Positions 10,114-19,876 of a DNA stretch of 64,000 nt are shown here, piece after piece (the stretch's first letter is position 1; each line of letters starts with the position of its first letter). The translations under genes were made by a program, and so were the position numbers. The stretch covers positions 2,528,001-2,592,000 of the forward strand of contig OZ241917.1 of assembly GCA_965203805.1 (NCBI GenBank), in the 5' to 3' direction. Source of the DNA: Candidatus Latescibacterota bacterium. GTDB lineage: Bacteria > Latescibacterota > UBA2968 > GCA-2709665. The notes under the pieces are model-generated. The model made no database searches. It saw nothing but the letters and a program-made list of their open reading frames with translations, and was not told the DNA's origin.

Positions 10114-12441
10114 ATGGCTGTAGATATCACGCTGGCGAATGAAATCCGGGTGCCGCGCCGCGGAGAATGGCTCTGCAGGGGACTTCCGTTCCCGGAGGGA
10201 TCTCTGACGGATTCCGCGAGGCTGACATTGAAGGACGAGACCGGCCGCGTCCTGCCGCTGGGATCGGAGGTCCTGGCCCGCTGGCCGGATGGGTCTTCGA
10301 AGTGGGTGCTGCTTCAATTCCCCGTGGACTTCGACCGCAACGGGAGGAAAGACTACTCGGTGACGTGGGCCGATGGCGCGCCGGAGACCGACGCGGGTCC
10401 GCGAATCGCATACTCGAAGACAGAGGCGGGAATCGAGATCGACAACGGCGTTCTGCGATTTGTCCTTCCTGCTTCCGGACAGGCGTTCCTGGTCGATTGC
10501 AGCAGGAGAGACAGGGCGTGTATCCGGACGGTCAGCGCGGAGATCGAAGACGAAGCGGGCGACGTTTTCACGAGCCGGCTCGAGGGGGAACCCCGCATTG
10601 AGAGATCCACCGGAAAAATGCTGGTGGTGAGCAGGCAGGGCACGCACCGGGACGAGGCCGGCCGCAAGCTGTTTTCACTCGTTTTCCGGGTAACGGTATT
10701 CGCCGGCGCCGAGGACCTGGAGGTGGAGTACCAGTTCATCCACGATGAGCCCTACCGGGATGTTCCGGAACGGCGGAAACTGGCCCAGGGTATCGGGACC
10801 CCGAGCGTGGACCTGGAGAGTCCCCGTCTGCGGCAGCTGCGGGCGGTGCGGCTTGTAGTGGAACACGCCATCGACGGCGCCGGCGAATTCGCAACCTGTC
10901 CCATTGCCACGGTCGGGATCCAGGGCCTGGTCACGTCGGATCGGCCGATTCGAGGCCTGTTGACCGACGCCCCGCGCACGGCCATGTACGACGCCATGAT
11001 CGACGCCGACGTGGACGACGGCGAGACAGCGGTCGGCCGCTCCCACGGATGGGTCTCCGCGGGGGACAGCGAAAGAGGGGTCGCGGCCTCGGTCCGGAAG
11101 TTCGTCCAGCAGTGGCCCAAGGGCTTCTCCGCAGACGCCGGCAGGATCGTTCTGGACCTCTGGCCGGAGGCGGCGGGACCGCTTGCGATTTTCCAGGGAC
11201 AGGCCAAGTCGCACCAGGTCAAGCTGCGGGCCTATGGCGGCAGTGCGGCCGAGGCGCGTCTTCCGGACTGGCATTTCGCGTATCAGTTTCCCGTCGTTTT
11301 CTCTTCTCCGGACTGGTTTATCGACTCCGGAGCGATCGGGCCCGTGTTCCGCTATCAGCCGGAGAAATACAAGGGCATCGAGCAGAAGTTCCGCCTGGAA
11401 TTCGAGCAGTTCCTGGGATACGACCGGCGCCTGGGGATGATGGACTACGGAGACTACGAGCAGCTGATGAGCGCCTCCTGGGGACGCGTGGATTTCATGG
11501 CCAACTGCGAGCACGACTTCGGCCAGACCGTGTACCTCCAGCTTGTACGCACCGGCAATTATCTCTATCTCGACGCCTTCGAATCCGCGATCCGGCACGT
11601 GATGGACCTGGACATCATCCACTTCGACGATCATTTCGACGAGCAGGGCGGATGGACTTCCCATGGCGCCTTTCACGTCGGGGCCGACGGGAAACCCAAC
11701 TGCCACCTCTCCCACATGTGGGCGGAGGGATTTCTATCCTATTATTATTATTCCGGATACGCGCCGGCGCTGGAAGCCGCGCGCGGCGTGGCGGATCTGA
11801 TCTGCAGGAAGGTGGCGGCGGGCGGCGGGCGGCGCGGCGCGCGGGACCGGGGCTGGCCGCTGATCGCACTGTGCAGCGTGTACCGGGCAACAGGAGAAGA
11901 GCGGTACGCCGAGGCCGCGGAGACGATTGCGGCTTCTTTCGCCGAGGGACCGGACCCGCTGGAACCCAACGGCGGCTGCAGCGGCGGCTGGGGCCCCATC
12001 CCCTACCAGCAGGCCGTGATGGGGAGCATCGCCGCTACCGGGCTGGCATACCACTACCAGACCTTCGGGAATCCTCTCAGCAGAGACTCGTTCCTGAGGG
12101 TATGCGACTTTCTGGCAAGCGAGGACGTCCGCACGCCGGAGGGGCTCTATCTGTCCATGCCCGGTAACGAGACGCCGATGAGCTATATCGGTTTCTCAGC
12201 CCTGCGGGAAAGTATCGGCTACGGGTGGGAAATCACGGGCGACGAGAAATACGTGTACGCCGGCCTGCGGGACATCGAAATGAATATGATTTCGACGTTT
12301 CCGTCCGTCGGTCATCTGGAAAAGACGAGATTCGGGTGCGAGGTCGTCCGCGCGACAGGCGACTCCATCAGCGTCATCTGGCGCGATCTGCTCCGATTCT
12401 TCGACTACGCGGACCGGGCGGGGCTGCTCAAGGACTTTTAA
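10114..12441 (+). CDS. YetA/PcRGLX-like (PL26) exo-rhamnogalacturonan lyase family protein
   Basis: GLPFPEG...LARWPDGSSKW N-domain; GMMDYGD, NCEHD, HVMDLDIIH, SHMWAEG..YYY, RDRGWPL motifs. Confidence 0.75.
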   Translation: MAVDITLANEIRVPRRGEWLCRGLPFPEGSLTDSARLTLKDETGRVLPLGSEVLARWPDGSSKWVLLQFPVDFDRNGRKDYSVTWADGAPETDAGPRIAYSKTEAGIEIDNGVLRFVLPASGQAFLVDCSRRDRACIRTVSAEIEDEAGDVFTSRLEGEPRIERSTGKMLVVSRQGTHRDEAGRKLFSLVFRVTVFAGAEDLEVEYQFIHDEPYRDVPERRKLAQGIGTPSVDLESPRLRQLRAVRLVVEHAIDGAGEFATCPIATVGIQGLVTSDRPIRGLLTDAPRTAMYDAMIDADVDDGETAVGRSHGWVSAGDSERGVAASVRKFVQQWPKGFSADAGRIVLDLWPEAAGPLAIFQGQAKSHQVKLRAYGGSAAEARLPDWHFAYQFPVVFSSPDWFIDSGAIGPVFRYQPEKYKGIEQKFRLEFEQFLGYDRRLGMMDYGDYEQLMSASWGRVDFMANCEHDFGQTVYLQLVRTGNYLYLDAFESAIRHVMDLDIIHFDDHFDEQGGWTSHGAFHVGADGKPNCHLSHMWAEGFLSYYYYSGYAPALEAARGVADLICRKVAAGGGRRGARDRGWPLIALCSVYRATGEERYAEAAETIAASFAEGPDPLEPNGGCSGGWGPIPYQQAVMGSIAATGLAYHYQTFGNPLSRDSFLRVCDFLASEDVRTPEGLYLSMPGNETPMSYIGFSALRESIGYGWEITGDEKYVYAGLRDIEMNMISTFPSVGHLEKTRFGCEVVRATGDSISVIWRDLLRFFDYADRAGLLKDF

Positions 12442-12610
12442 AACAGTTGTCATACCCGTTGGGGCGACCATAAAGATGAAAATCGTTGCATTACCAGGCT
12501 GACGTGCAACATTGTGGTTCTGCGCCTCTTGTGGCAATTGATCTCAGTCATGGATTTTTCGTTTTTTTCGCGTGTTTCGTAGTTTCTGGTGTTATTTTCC
12601 AAGTAACTTT

Positions 12611-13567
12611 TTAAGCATCGTGGTGCCAGCAGAAGACGGAATGGTCGTCCGATAGTCGGGTCCTCTCGGGGTCCTCTTCCCGGCACAGGTCCGTGGCGCG
12701 GGGACAGCGGGGATGGAAGCGGCATCCCGTCGGCGGCCGCGTCATGTCGGGGGGTTGCCCGGGGATGGTATCCAGGCGCCCTCGGACCATCTTCGCGTTT
12801 TCCAGCAACCCGATGGAGTACGGGTGCCTAGGGGAACTCAGGAATACGCGGGTGGGCGCAATTTCGGCCACTCTTCCGGCGTACATCACGACGATCCTGT
12901 CGCTGAATTCCACGGCGAGCCCGAAATCGTGGGTGATCAGCACGGTCGACATCCCGTGCGCGGCCTTCATCCGGTTCATCAGGTCCATGATCTGCGCCTG
13001 TGTGGTGACGTCCAGCGCCGTCGTGGGTTCGTCCGCAATCATCAGCTTCGGCTCGCAGCTCAAGGCCATCGCGATCATCACGCGCTGTTTCATCCCTCCC
13101 GAGAGTTCGAACGGGTAGTTCCGGTAGCGCAGCGCCGGCGCGGGAATGCCCACCTCTTCCAGCAGCGAGACCGCCCGTTCGAAGGATTGCTTCCTGTCGG
13201 CGCGCCCGTGCCACAGAAGGGGTTCGGCGATCTGCGGCCCGCTGCGCATCGTGGGGTTGAGCGACGTCTGGGGATTCTGAAAGATGAATCCCACGTCGTT
13301 GCCGCGGATCTCCTGAAGGTCCCGTTCATCCAGTTCCAGCAGGTTGCGTCCGTCGAAGACCACCTTACCGGCCTCGATCTTCCCCCGCCCTCCAATCAGC
13401 CTGACGACGGACAGCATACTCACGCTCTTGCCGCTGCCGCTTTCCCCGACGATGCCCACGCTCTCCCGTTCGCGAACGACGTATGAGATCCCGTCCACCG
13501 CCCGCACCACGCCGTCGCGGCGATAGAAGTAGGTCTTCAGGTTTCGGATATCGAGCAGCGTGGACAC
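12611..13567 (-). CDS. oppD: Oligopeptide/dipeptide ABC transporter ATP-binding subunit
   Basis: GESGSGKS, LSGGMKQR, IADEPTTALDVT, HPY and GCRFHPRCP. Confidence 0.92.
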   Translation of the reverse strand: MSTLLDIRNLKTYFYRRDGVVRAVDGISYVVRERESVGIVGESGSGKSVSMLSVVRLIGGRGKIEAGKVVFDGRNLLELDERDLQEIRGNDVGFIFQNPQTSLNPTMRSGPQIAEPLLWHGRADRKQSFERAVSLLEEVGIPAPALRYRNYPFELSGGMKQRVMIAMALSCEPKLMIADEPTTALDVTTQAQIMDLMNRMKAAHGMSTVLITHDFGLAVEFSDRIVVMYAGRVAEIAPTRVFLSSPRHPYSIGLLENAKMVRGRLDTIPGQPPDMTRPPTGCRFHPRCPRATDLCREEDPERTRLSDDHSVFCWHHDA

Positions 13568-13601
13568 GGTCGCGCCTCGCAGAATCCAACTCAGGACTTA
13601 T

Positions 13602-13792
13602 CCTTAATTCGACAAAAACTGCAATGGGTCGCTGCGACGAAACCCTCCGAAACGGGCCGAAAAGGTCATCCAAATTGACCTTTTTTCAGTTCACGTCCAG
13701 TGACCTGATGTATCCTGGAAATCAGAAGTTTAATCGCCTTTGTTCACCTGCACATATTCGAATTAACGTCACCGAAGAATGACGAATCAAGA
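13602..13792. mobile_element. 191-bp MITE, copy 1
   Basis: Ends CCTTAATTCGAC / GACGAATCAAGA; colinear and same length as 56370-56560; flanks TTAT/TTAC; abuts the oppC stop codon. Confidence 0.8.
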
Positions 13793-14692
13793 TTACTCTT
13801 TGGGGTTGAATGCGTCGTTCAGCCCGTCGCCCAGATACGTGAAAGCCAGAAGCGCGAGCGCAAACATGGCGGCCGGCCAGGTAAGCTGGTAGGGGAAAGC
13901 CCTGAAATTCAGGCTTCCCACCTGGATCAGGACGCCCCAGCTCGGCCGGGGGGGCATCACCCCAAGACCGAGCAGACTCAGCGCCGACTCGGTCATCATC
14001 AGGGTGGGGACCATGAACGCGATGGCGACGATCAGCGGGCCGAAGGAATTCGGAAGAATGTAACGCCGGATCGCGTATCGATGCGTCGCCCCGAGCGCCC
14101 GCGCCGACTCCACGTATTCCAGGTTCTTGATCGACAGAACCTGGGCGCGCATCAGCCGGGCGAACCCCACCCATCCGGTGGCCGCGATGGCGATGAAAAT
14201 GGTGACGATGCCCCTGCCGAGGACCGACACCAGGATGATGCTGAACAGAAACCCGGGAAACGCGTACATCACGTCCGTAAACCGCATCAGCACGTTGTCC
14301 ACGACGCCGCCGGCGTACCCCGCGACCGCGCCGATCAGGCCGCCGATCGCCACCGAAATCACCGCGGCGCCGAATGCAACGGCCAGGGCCGTCTGAAGGC
14401 TGAAGATCAGGCGGCTGAAGATATCCCGCCCCACCTCGTCGGTCCCGGCGATGTGCCGCCAGGACGGGGACTGGTACGCGTTGTCCAGGTCGATCTGGTT
14501 ATACCCGTACGGCGCAATGAAATCCGCCAGGGCCGCGACCAGTATCATCACGATCACAAAGCCCAGGCTCAGCACGGCCAGACGGTTCGAGGAGAATCGC
14601 TGCCAGACGGCGCCCCAATACGAAATCCGCGGTGGAGGCGACGGCTCATCCGCATCGGACGGCGGACGTCCGGACCGATTCGGCACAGCCAC
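13793..14692 (-). CDS. oppC: Oligopeptide ABC transporter permease
   Basis: GTDEVGRDIFSRL, EYVESARALGA (EAA loop), ESALSLLGLG...PSWG. Confidence 0.92.
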   Translation of the reverse strand: MAVPNRSGRPPSDADEPSPPPRISYWGAVWQRFSSNRLAVLSLGFVIVMILVAALADFIAPYGYNQIDLDNAYQSPSWRHIAGTDEVGRDIFSRLIFSLQTALAVAFGAAVISVAIGGLIGAVAGYAGGVVDNVLMRFTDVMYAFPGFLFSIILVSVLGRGIVTIFIAIAATGWVGFARLMRAQVLSIKNLEYVESARALGATHRYAIRRYILPNSFGPLIVAIAFMVPTLMMTESALSLLGLGVMPPRPSWGVLIQVGSLNFRAFPYQLTWPAAMFALALLAFTYLGDGLNDAFNPKE

Positions 14693-14695
14693 GCG

Positions 14696-15673
14696 TTATC
14701 CCCCTTTTCCTCTATAGCTTGCCCGTATGCGCGGATCGATCAGCGCGTACCCGATATCCACCATCAGGTTCATCAGCATGATCAGGAATCCGAAAAACAG
14801 GGTCGACGTGATAATCATCGGATAGTCCCGGGTCCCGGCGGCGGCTACGAACAGCTTGCCCAGGCCGGGGATATTGAAGATTTCCTCGATGAAGGCGGTG
14901 CTCACCATCAGATTGGCGAACTGCGGGCCGGTAATCGTCAGGAGCGGGATCAGCGAATTCCGCAGCGCGTGGCGAAAGACCGCCTTGTTGCGGTTTCCGC
15001 CCTTCGAGAAGACGGTACGCACGTAGTCTTCGCCCATTTCCTTGATCAGGCTCACCCTGACGTACCGGGCGATGCCTGCGACGGGCTGGAAGACCATCGC
15101 CATGACCGGAAGCACGGCGTACTCCCACGTCCCCCACCCGGACGTCGGAAACAACTGAAGCGTTACGGCGAAGAAGACGATCACCAGCAGGGCGATGACG
15201 TAAGACGGGATGCAGATGCCCAGCATGGAAACGAACATGGTCACGCGGTCGATCCAGGAATTCCGGAACAGCGCCGCCCCGATGCCCATGGGGATGCCGA
15301 TCAGGAGGGCCAGAAGCATCGGCGAGAAGGCCAGGACGAACGTCCGCGGGAAGGCCCGCGTCATCATCTCCTGGATGGTCGTATCCGGATAGCGGAACGA
15401 CGGTCCGAAGTCCAGGACGGCCGCGTGGCGCAGATAAATCAGGATCTGCTTCCAGACGGGCGTGTTTTCGCCGTAGCGCTCCTCCCAGAGCATGAGCGTC
15501 TGGCTCTTTTCCTCGAACTGACTCAGCCGGCTGCCCGTCACCTGCTGATTCATCAGCCGTTCGATGTTGAAGAAATCACCGGGAGCGGCGTGCATCAGGT
15601 AGAACGTGATGACCAGGATCGCGACCAGGCTCACGAAAATCTGACCCACGCGGCGGAAGAAGAACATCGCCAT
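14696..15673 (-). CDS. oppB: Oligopeptide ABC transporter permease
   Basis: APGD, DFGPSF, EDYVRTVFSKG, HALRNSLIP, RDYPMI, YALIDPRIR. Confidence 0.92.
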   Translation of the reverse strand: MAMFFFRRVGQIFVSLVAILVITFYLMHAAPGDFFNIERLMNQQVTGSRLSQFEEKSQTLMLWEERYGENTPVWKQILIYLRHAAVLDFGPSFRYPDTTIQEMMTRAFPRTFVLAFSPMLLALLIGIPMGIGAALFRNSWIDRVTMFVSMLGICIPSYVIALLVIVFFAVTLQLFPTSGWGTWEYAVLPVMAMVFQPVAGIARYVRVSLIKEMGEDYVRTVFSKGGNRNKAVFRHALRNSLIPLLTITGPQFANLMVSTAFIEEIFNIPGLGKLFVAAAGTRDYPMIITSTLFFGFLIMLMNLMVDIGYALIDPRIRASYRGKGG

Positions 15674-15745
15674 TACGACGCTCCGTATCGGGACCGCACC
15701 GGATGACACCTGCTGTTTCCGGCGCCGATCGCAACACGCGGGGGC

Positions 15746-17728
15746 TTAGTCGGCGACCGTACGCCGTGCCGCCGTCGCCCCGTTGTCATCGATATTGATC
15801 CACTTCAGATACATGGGATTCGCCCACCAGTAGGCGCAGAACCTCAGCCCCTTCACGTAGGGCCTGACCAGTGCGGTGGCAATGGCGACGTGGAGCGGGA
15901 AATCCCAGGAGAAAGCCTGCACCAGGCGGTGCACGTCGCGGTTGATCCCGGCCTGGCGGGACGGTTCGCGCGCGTGGTGCGCTTCCTGGCGCATCTCCTC
16001 CAGGCGCCAGCGAAGGTCGCTGGTGTTCGCCCACTGGAAATAGTATTGCCTGGCCTGAAGGAGCGTGACGTTGAGCGCCTTCCAGCACCATTCCAGGTCC
16101 GCATCCGGCTCGCCGGCCGTCCTCAGGATCTCGTCCGCGGTCTGCCGCCAGCCGCTCATCGCCTCTTCCGCCTGCCGGCGCAGGTGCGGACCGTGCCTGC
16201 CGTTCGCAAAAAGCGCCATTACCGAGTCCGCGTACGTCCCGATTCGCCGGTGGACGGGCTTGAAATCGGAGAGATCCTCCCCCCCTTCGAGGTCGATCAT
16301 CCCCGATCGGACCTGCAGAATCCGGCGCTGTCCCTCCCACCAGGCGCCGTAGACCCCGGGATCTTCCGTCCACTGGACGTTTTCGATCCATTGCGTGCCG
16401 TAGATGGGATTCGGCCACGGCGCTCCCGATGCCGCAAAGCACATCCCCGTATACCCGGAAGGATTCAGGGAAACCCGTTTGTCGGCGTACACGCCCAGTT
16501 CCTGATTGTCGATCCGAAACCGGATGCCCAGGTTTTCTTCCAGCATCGCGGCGATCACCACGAATTGCGAGACCATCTCGGGCGCCAGGTACGACGGGAT
16601 CAGAATCACGGATTCGGGAATGCCCTCGCCGCCGGGGTATCCCGCCTCCGACAGCAGGCGCCGGGCTTCCTTCAGGTCGAATCTCATCCCCAGGTTGGGA
16701 TCCCAATCCGGCATCGCCGGCGTGGAGAGCATATGCATCGGCGTCTCCCGTCCGAGAAAGATCGACTCCACGATCCGGCGCTTGTCGAATCCCAGCGCAA
16801 TCGCCCGGCGCACCCGCGCGTCCCAGTAAACCGGATGCTCCGAGAACAGGAATCTTACATAGGAAAGTCCGCTCGTGGGCGTCAGGACCAGTTCATCGCG
16901 CAGATCGGGATGCTGTCTGGCGTAGTAGATATCGGCGATGGACGCCAGCAATGCGAAGTCGATCTCTCCGCTCTGGTACCCTTCCAGCGGTCTGCCCGCG
17001 AAACGGCTGTGAATCCGCTCCAGGTTGCCACGCGGCAGGTTGTACCGCGGATTCGCCTCCAGAATGATATGAGAATTGAGTTCCCATTCCACGATCCTGT
17101 ACGGCCCGTTCCCCTGGTAGTTGGGGAGTTTGTGCCACGCGTCGCCGTACTTTTCGAGCGATCCCCGGTGAATCGGGAACATGCTCCCCGTGACCATGGC
17201 GTTCAGGAACGCGGGATACGGCCTCGCCAGGCGAAAGCGCAGCGTGAAGTCGTCGAGCACGTCCACGCCCACCTCGTCCTCGCGGGCCGCGCCGTTCCTG
17301 AAATCCATGGCCTTGACGACGTACTGCAGCGGCGTGTCCCAGAGCCATTTGCTCTCCCGCCCGGGTTCCATCTGATAGATGAAGGCGGCCCTGTAGTCCC
17401 GCGCGGTTACCGTTGTGCCGTCGTACCATCGGTTGTCCCGCCGGAGAAAGAAGGTATACGACAGTCGGTCTTCGGAGACCTCCCAGCGCTCGGCCTGGGC
17501 GGGAATCAGCCCTTTCTCCGGGCCCAGCTGAACCAGCCCCTCCTTCGTGCCCAGGGTGATCTGCGCGTACATCCCCCCGGTATACAGATAGCTGTTCAAT
17601 GTGCTCACCGGCGGCCCGATGTACCGGATCTCTTTGGAACGGCCGGCATGCGCCGGCGTACTGAAAAGCGCGGCGGAAAGCATCCCGCACAGAACGCCCG
17701 TTCGCCACGGCATGCTCCCGAGCGTCAT
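15746..17728 (-). CDS. oppA: Peptide ABC transporter substrate-binding protein (SBP family 5)
   Basis: PAQAERWEVSEDRLSYTFFLR, GNGPYRI, DARVRRAIA, ARRLLSEAGY; ATG overlaps the CRTAC1 stop. Confidence 0.88.
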   Translation of the reverse strand: MTLGSMPWRTGVLCGMLSAALFSTPAHAGRSKEIRYIGPPVSTLNSYLYTGGMYAQITLGTKEGLVQLGPEKGLIPAQAERWEVSEDRLSYTFFLRRDNRWYDGTTVTARDYRAAFIYQMEPGRESKWLWDTPLQYVVKAMDFRNGAAREDEVGVDVLDDFTLRFRLARPYPAFLNAMVTGSMFPIHRGSLEKYGDAWHKLPNYQGNGPYRIVEWELNSHIILEANPRYNLPRGNLERIHSRFAGRPLEGYQSGEIDFALLASIADIYYARQHPDLRDELVLTPTSGLSYVRFLFSEHPVYWDARVRRAIALGFDKRRIVESIFLGRETPMHMLSTPAMPDWDPNLGMRFDLKEARRLLSEAGYPGGEGIPESVILIPSYLAPEMVSQFVVIAAMLEENLGIRFRIDNQELGVYADKRVSLNPSGYTGMCFAASGAPWPNPIYGTQWIENVQWTEDPGVYGAWWEGQRRILQVRSGMIDLEGGEDLSDFKPVHRRIGTYADSVMALFANGRHGPHLRRQAEEAMSGWRQTADEILRTAGEPDADLEWCWKALNVTLLQARQYYFQWANTSDLRWRLEEMRQEAHHAREPSRQAGINRDVHRLVQAFSWDFPLHVAIATALVRPYVKGLRFCAYWWANPMYLKWINIDDNGATAARRTVAD

Positions 17729-19446
17729 GGGCCTGTCTCTCCTTCCCTCACGACGATCTCCCTGTCCGCCGAAATGCTCCTGATCCAATCCACCGCGCCG
17801 CCGGGCCATCGCACCCTGAGCGAATCGACCGTTGGAGCCTGGCCGAGTCCGAAATGGAGACGGAAGTCGTTCTGCGACAGATAGCTTGATCCGCTCCGGA
17901 CCTCGCCGACCTGCGGCCGGCCGCCGGCCCAGACCGTCACCCGCGCGCCGATTCCGTTGCGGTTCGACAAACGCGGAGTGCCGGTTGAACCCACGGAATG
18001 CTCCCGCGCGGCGCCCACCAGCTTCACCCTCAGCCACCGGCTCCCGTTGCCGGCGTCGTTTCTCAGGAGGCGCCCGGCGCCGTTTACCGAAAGCACGAAC
18101 ACGTCCACGTCTCCGTCGTTGTCATAGTCTCCGAACGCGGCGCCGCGGCCCGGCTGAGGTATGGACAGGCCGTCTTCCACGTCGCGCGTCACGTCGACGA
18201 ACCGGCCGTCACCGGTGTTGCGGAACAGGATTGCCGGCTGCTTGTAGACGCTGCCAACCCGGTGGGCGTTGTCGAGCACGTGGCCGTGCACCATCAGGAG
18301 GTCGGGCCAGCCGTCATTGTCGTAGTCCAGAAAGCCGATTCCCCATCCCACGTGGGGGATCGTTGGGGGCCTGATGCCGGATATCGAAGAGATATCCGTA
18401 AATAGCCCGGCGCCTTCGTTGCGGTAGAGCCCGGCGCCCTCCAGCCGGAAATTGGTCACCGCCAGGTCCAGGCGGCCGTCGCGGTTGAAATCGCCGAAAT
18501 CCGCGCCCATGCTGGACTGCAGGTCGCCCGAGCCGCTGTAGCCCAGGCCCGAAAGAAGCCCTCTGTCCACAAAGCGCCCGTCGCCCCGGTTCAGGTAGAG
18601 GAAATTGGGCGTCATATCGTTGGCCACGAAGATATCCGGGGTCCCGTCGCCATCGACGTCGGCGCATGCCATGCCCATCCCCTTGCCGCCGGGATTGAGG
18701 ACACCCGCCCGCTCCGTCACGTCTGTAAACGTCCCGTTTCCGTTGTTGCGATACAGGCGGTCCGCGGCCCCCTTGAAGTTGTCGGGATGGGGGTAAAACC
18801 GCTCGCCGTCGGACGGGCTCGCGGAGCGGGAGGCGTAGGGCCTCAGCCTTCTCTCCGGGGAGTCAATCGCGTAGTCCACGTAGTTGGCCACGTAGAGGTC
18901 CAGCAATCCATCCGAGTCCACGTCCAGAAAGGAGCATCCCACGCTCCAGACGGCGTCCCCGGAGACGCCGGCGGGCGCGGCGACGTCCCTGAACGTGCCG
19001 TCTCCGTGATTCCGGAACAGGCTGTTCGGCCCGTAGCACGTCACGTAGAGGTCGTCGTACCCGTCGTTGTCGAAGTCTCCCGCGCAGACGCCCATGCCGT
19101 AGGCCGTTTCGCCCACGCCGGCGAACCGGGTCACGTCGGAGAAAACGCCCCCGCCGGCGTTCCGGTACAGCCGGTTCCGCGGGGGCGGGCCGGCGTAGCC
19201 GGGCAACGTCCCCCCGTTGACGGCGAATACGTCCAGCCAGCCGTCGTTGTTGTAGTCCAGAAACGCGACCCCCGATCCCATCGTTTCCACGAAGTACTTC
19301 TTGTCGGTCCCCCCGTGGACGTGCCGGAAGTCGATGCCCGACGACGCCGTCACGTCCACGAATCGCGGCGAATCCGCGCGCAACGCTTCGCTCCATAGGA
19401 TCATGAGCAGCAGGAATCCGCATACGACGCGAGCTGATTGGACCAT
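17725..19446 (-). CDS. CRTAC1-family protein (FG-GAP repeats plus ASPIC/UnbV domain)
   Basis: Repeated DYNNDGWLD/DFDNDGYDD motifs; SNRNGIGARV and SGSSYLSQND..LHFGLG. Confidence 0.92.
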   Translation of the reverse strand: MVQSARVVCGFLLLMILWSEALRADSPRFVDVTASSGIDFRHVHGGTDKKYFVETMGSGVAFLDYNNDGWLDVFAVNGGTLPGYAGPPPRNRLYRNAGGGVFSDVTRFAGVGETAYGMGVCAGDFDNDGYDDLYVTCYGPNSLFRNHGDGTFRDVAAPAGVSGDAVWSVGCSFLDVDSDGLLDLYVANYVDYAIDSPERRLRPYASRSASPSDGERFYPHPDNFKGAADRLYRNNGNGTFTDVTERAGVLNPGGKGMGMACADVDGDGTPDIFVANDMTPNFLYLNRGDGRFVDRGLLSGLGYSGSGDLQSSMGADFGDFNRDGRLDLAVTNFRLEGAGLYRNEGAGLFTDISSISGIRPPTIPHVGWGIGFLDYDNDGWPDLLMVHGHVLDNAHRVGSVYKQPAILFRNTGDGRFVDVTRDVEDGLSIPQPGRGAAFGDYDNDGDVDVFVLSVNGAGRLLRNDAGNGSRWLRVKLVGAAREHSVGSTGTPRLSNRNGIGARVTVWAGGRPQVGEVRSGSSYLSQNDFRLHFGLGQAPTVDSLRVRWPGGAVDWIRSISADREIVVREGETGP

Positions 19447-19520
19447 ACAAAGGTATTTTTATTGTATGCTGTGAGGGGTAACAAGACGGCTGGTGGAGAC
19501 GTCTGCGCCGTCGTTGCTAC

Positions 19521-19550
19521 CGTAGGGGCGACCGGCCGGTCGCCCCTACA
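19521..19550. repeat. GTAG-type REP palindrome
   Basis: GTAGGGGCGACCGGCCGGTCGCCCCTAC; relatives at about 26388-26412 and 60092-60117. Confidence 0.7.
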
Positions 19551-19733
19551 AAAACCGGGCATCCGGGAACTGATATCACAAGTGCAAAACGACATTCGGC
19601 GGACGCGGTGTGACCGTCTACCGTCTGTCCGCCTTCGAGACCTACCCCCTTTCCCCCTTCCTGAAGGAAGGGGGGAACTGTCATCGCTTGATGGACTTCC
19701 TGGTTTTCTCCCCCTTTCCTTTAGGAGAGGGTC

Positions 19734-19764
19734 CCTGCCTGCCGGTGGTTTCTCGGCAGGCAGG
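19734..19764. repeat. CCTGCCTG..CAGGCAGG micro-palindrome (31 bp)
   Basis: cctgcctgccggtggtttctcggcaggcagg inside a purine/pyrimidine hairpin repeat. Confidence 0.75.
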
Positions 19765-19876
19765 GGGGAGAGGTCTGCGCCCATTCCGGTCCTGCTACTT
19801 CACGGCGCTGACGTCGATGGGTTGATTTTGACTCAAGCTGATTGCCGACTGCTGACCGCTGACCGCTCTTCCCCCC

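Noticed and set aside
9841-10647. 589-aa extended ABC ATPase as a novel fusion
   Set aside because: Extension overlaps the opposite-strand lyase; RBS and homology place the start at 9840
19836-19866. GCTGA(C/T) heptamer tracts (also about 26452-26476)
   Set aside because: Short low-complexity intergenic repeats with no associated gene here
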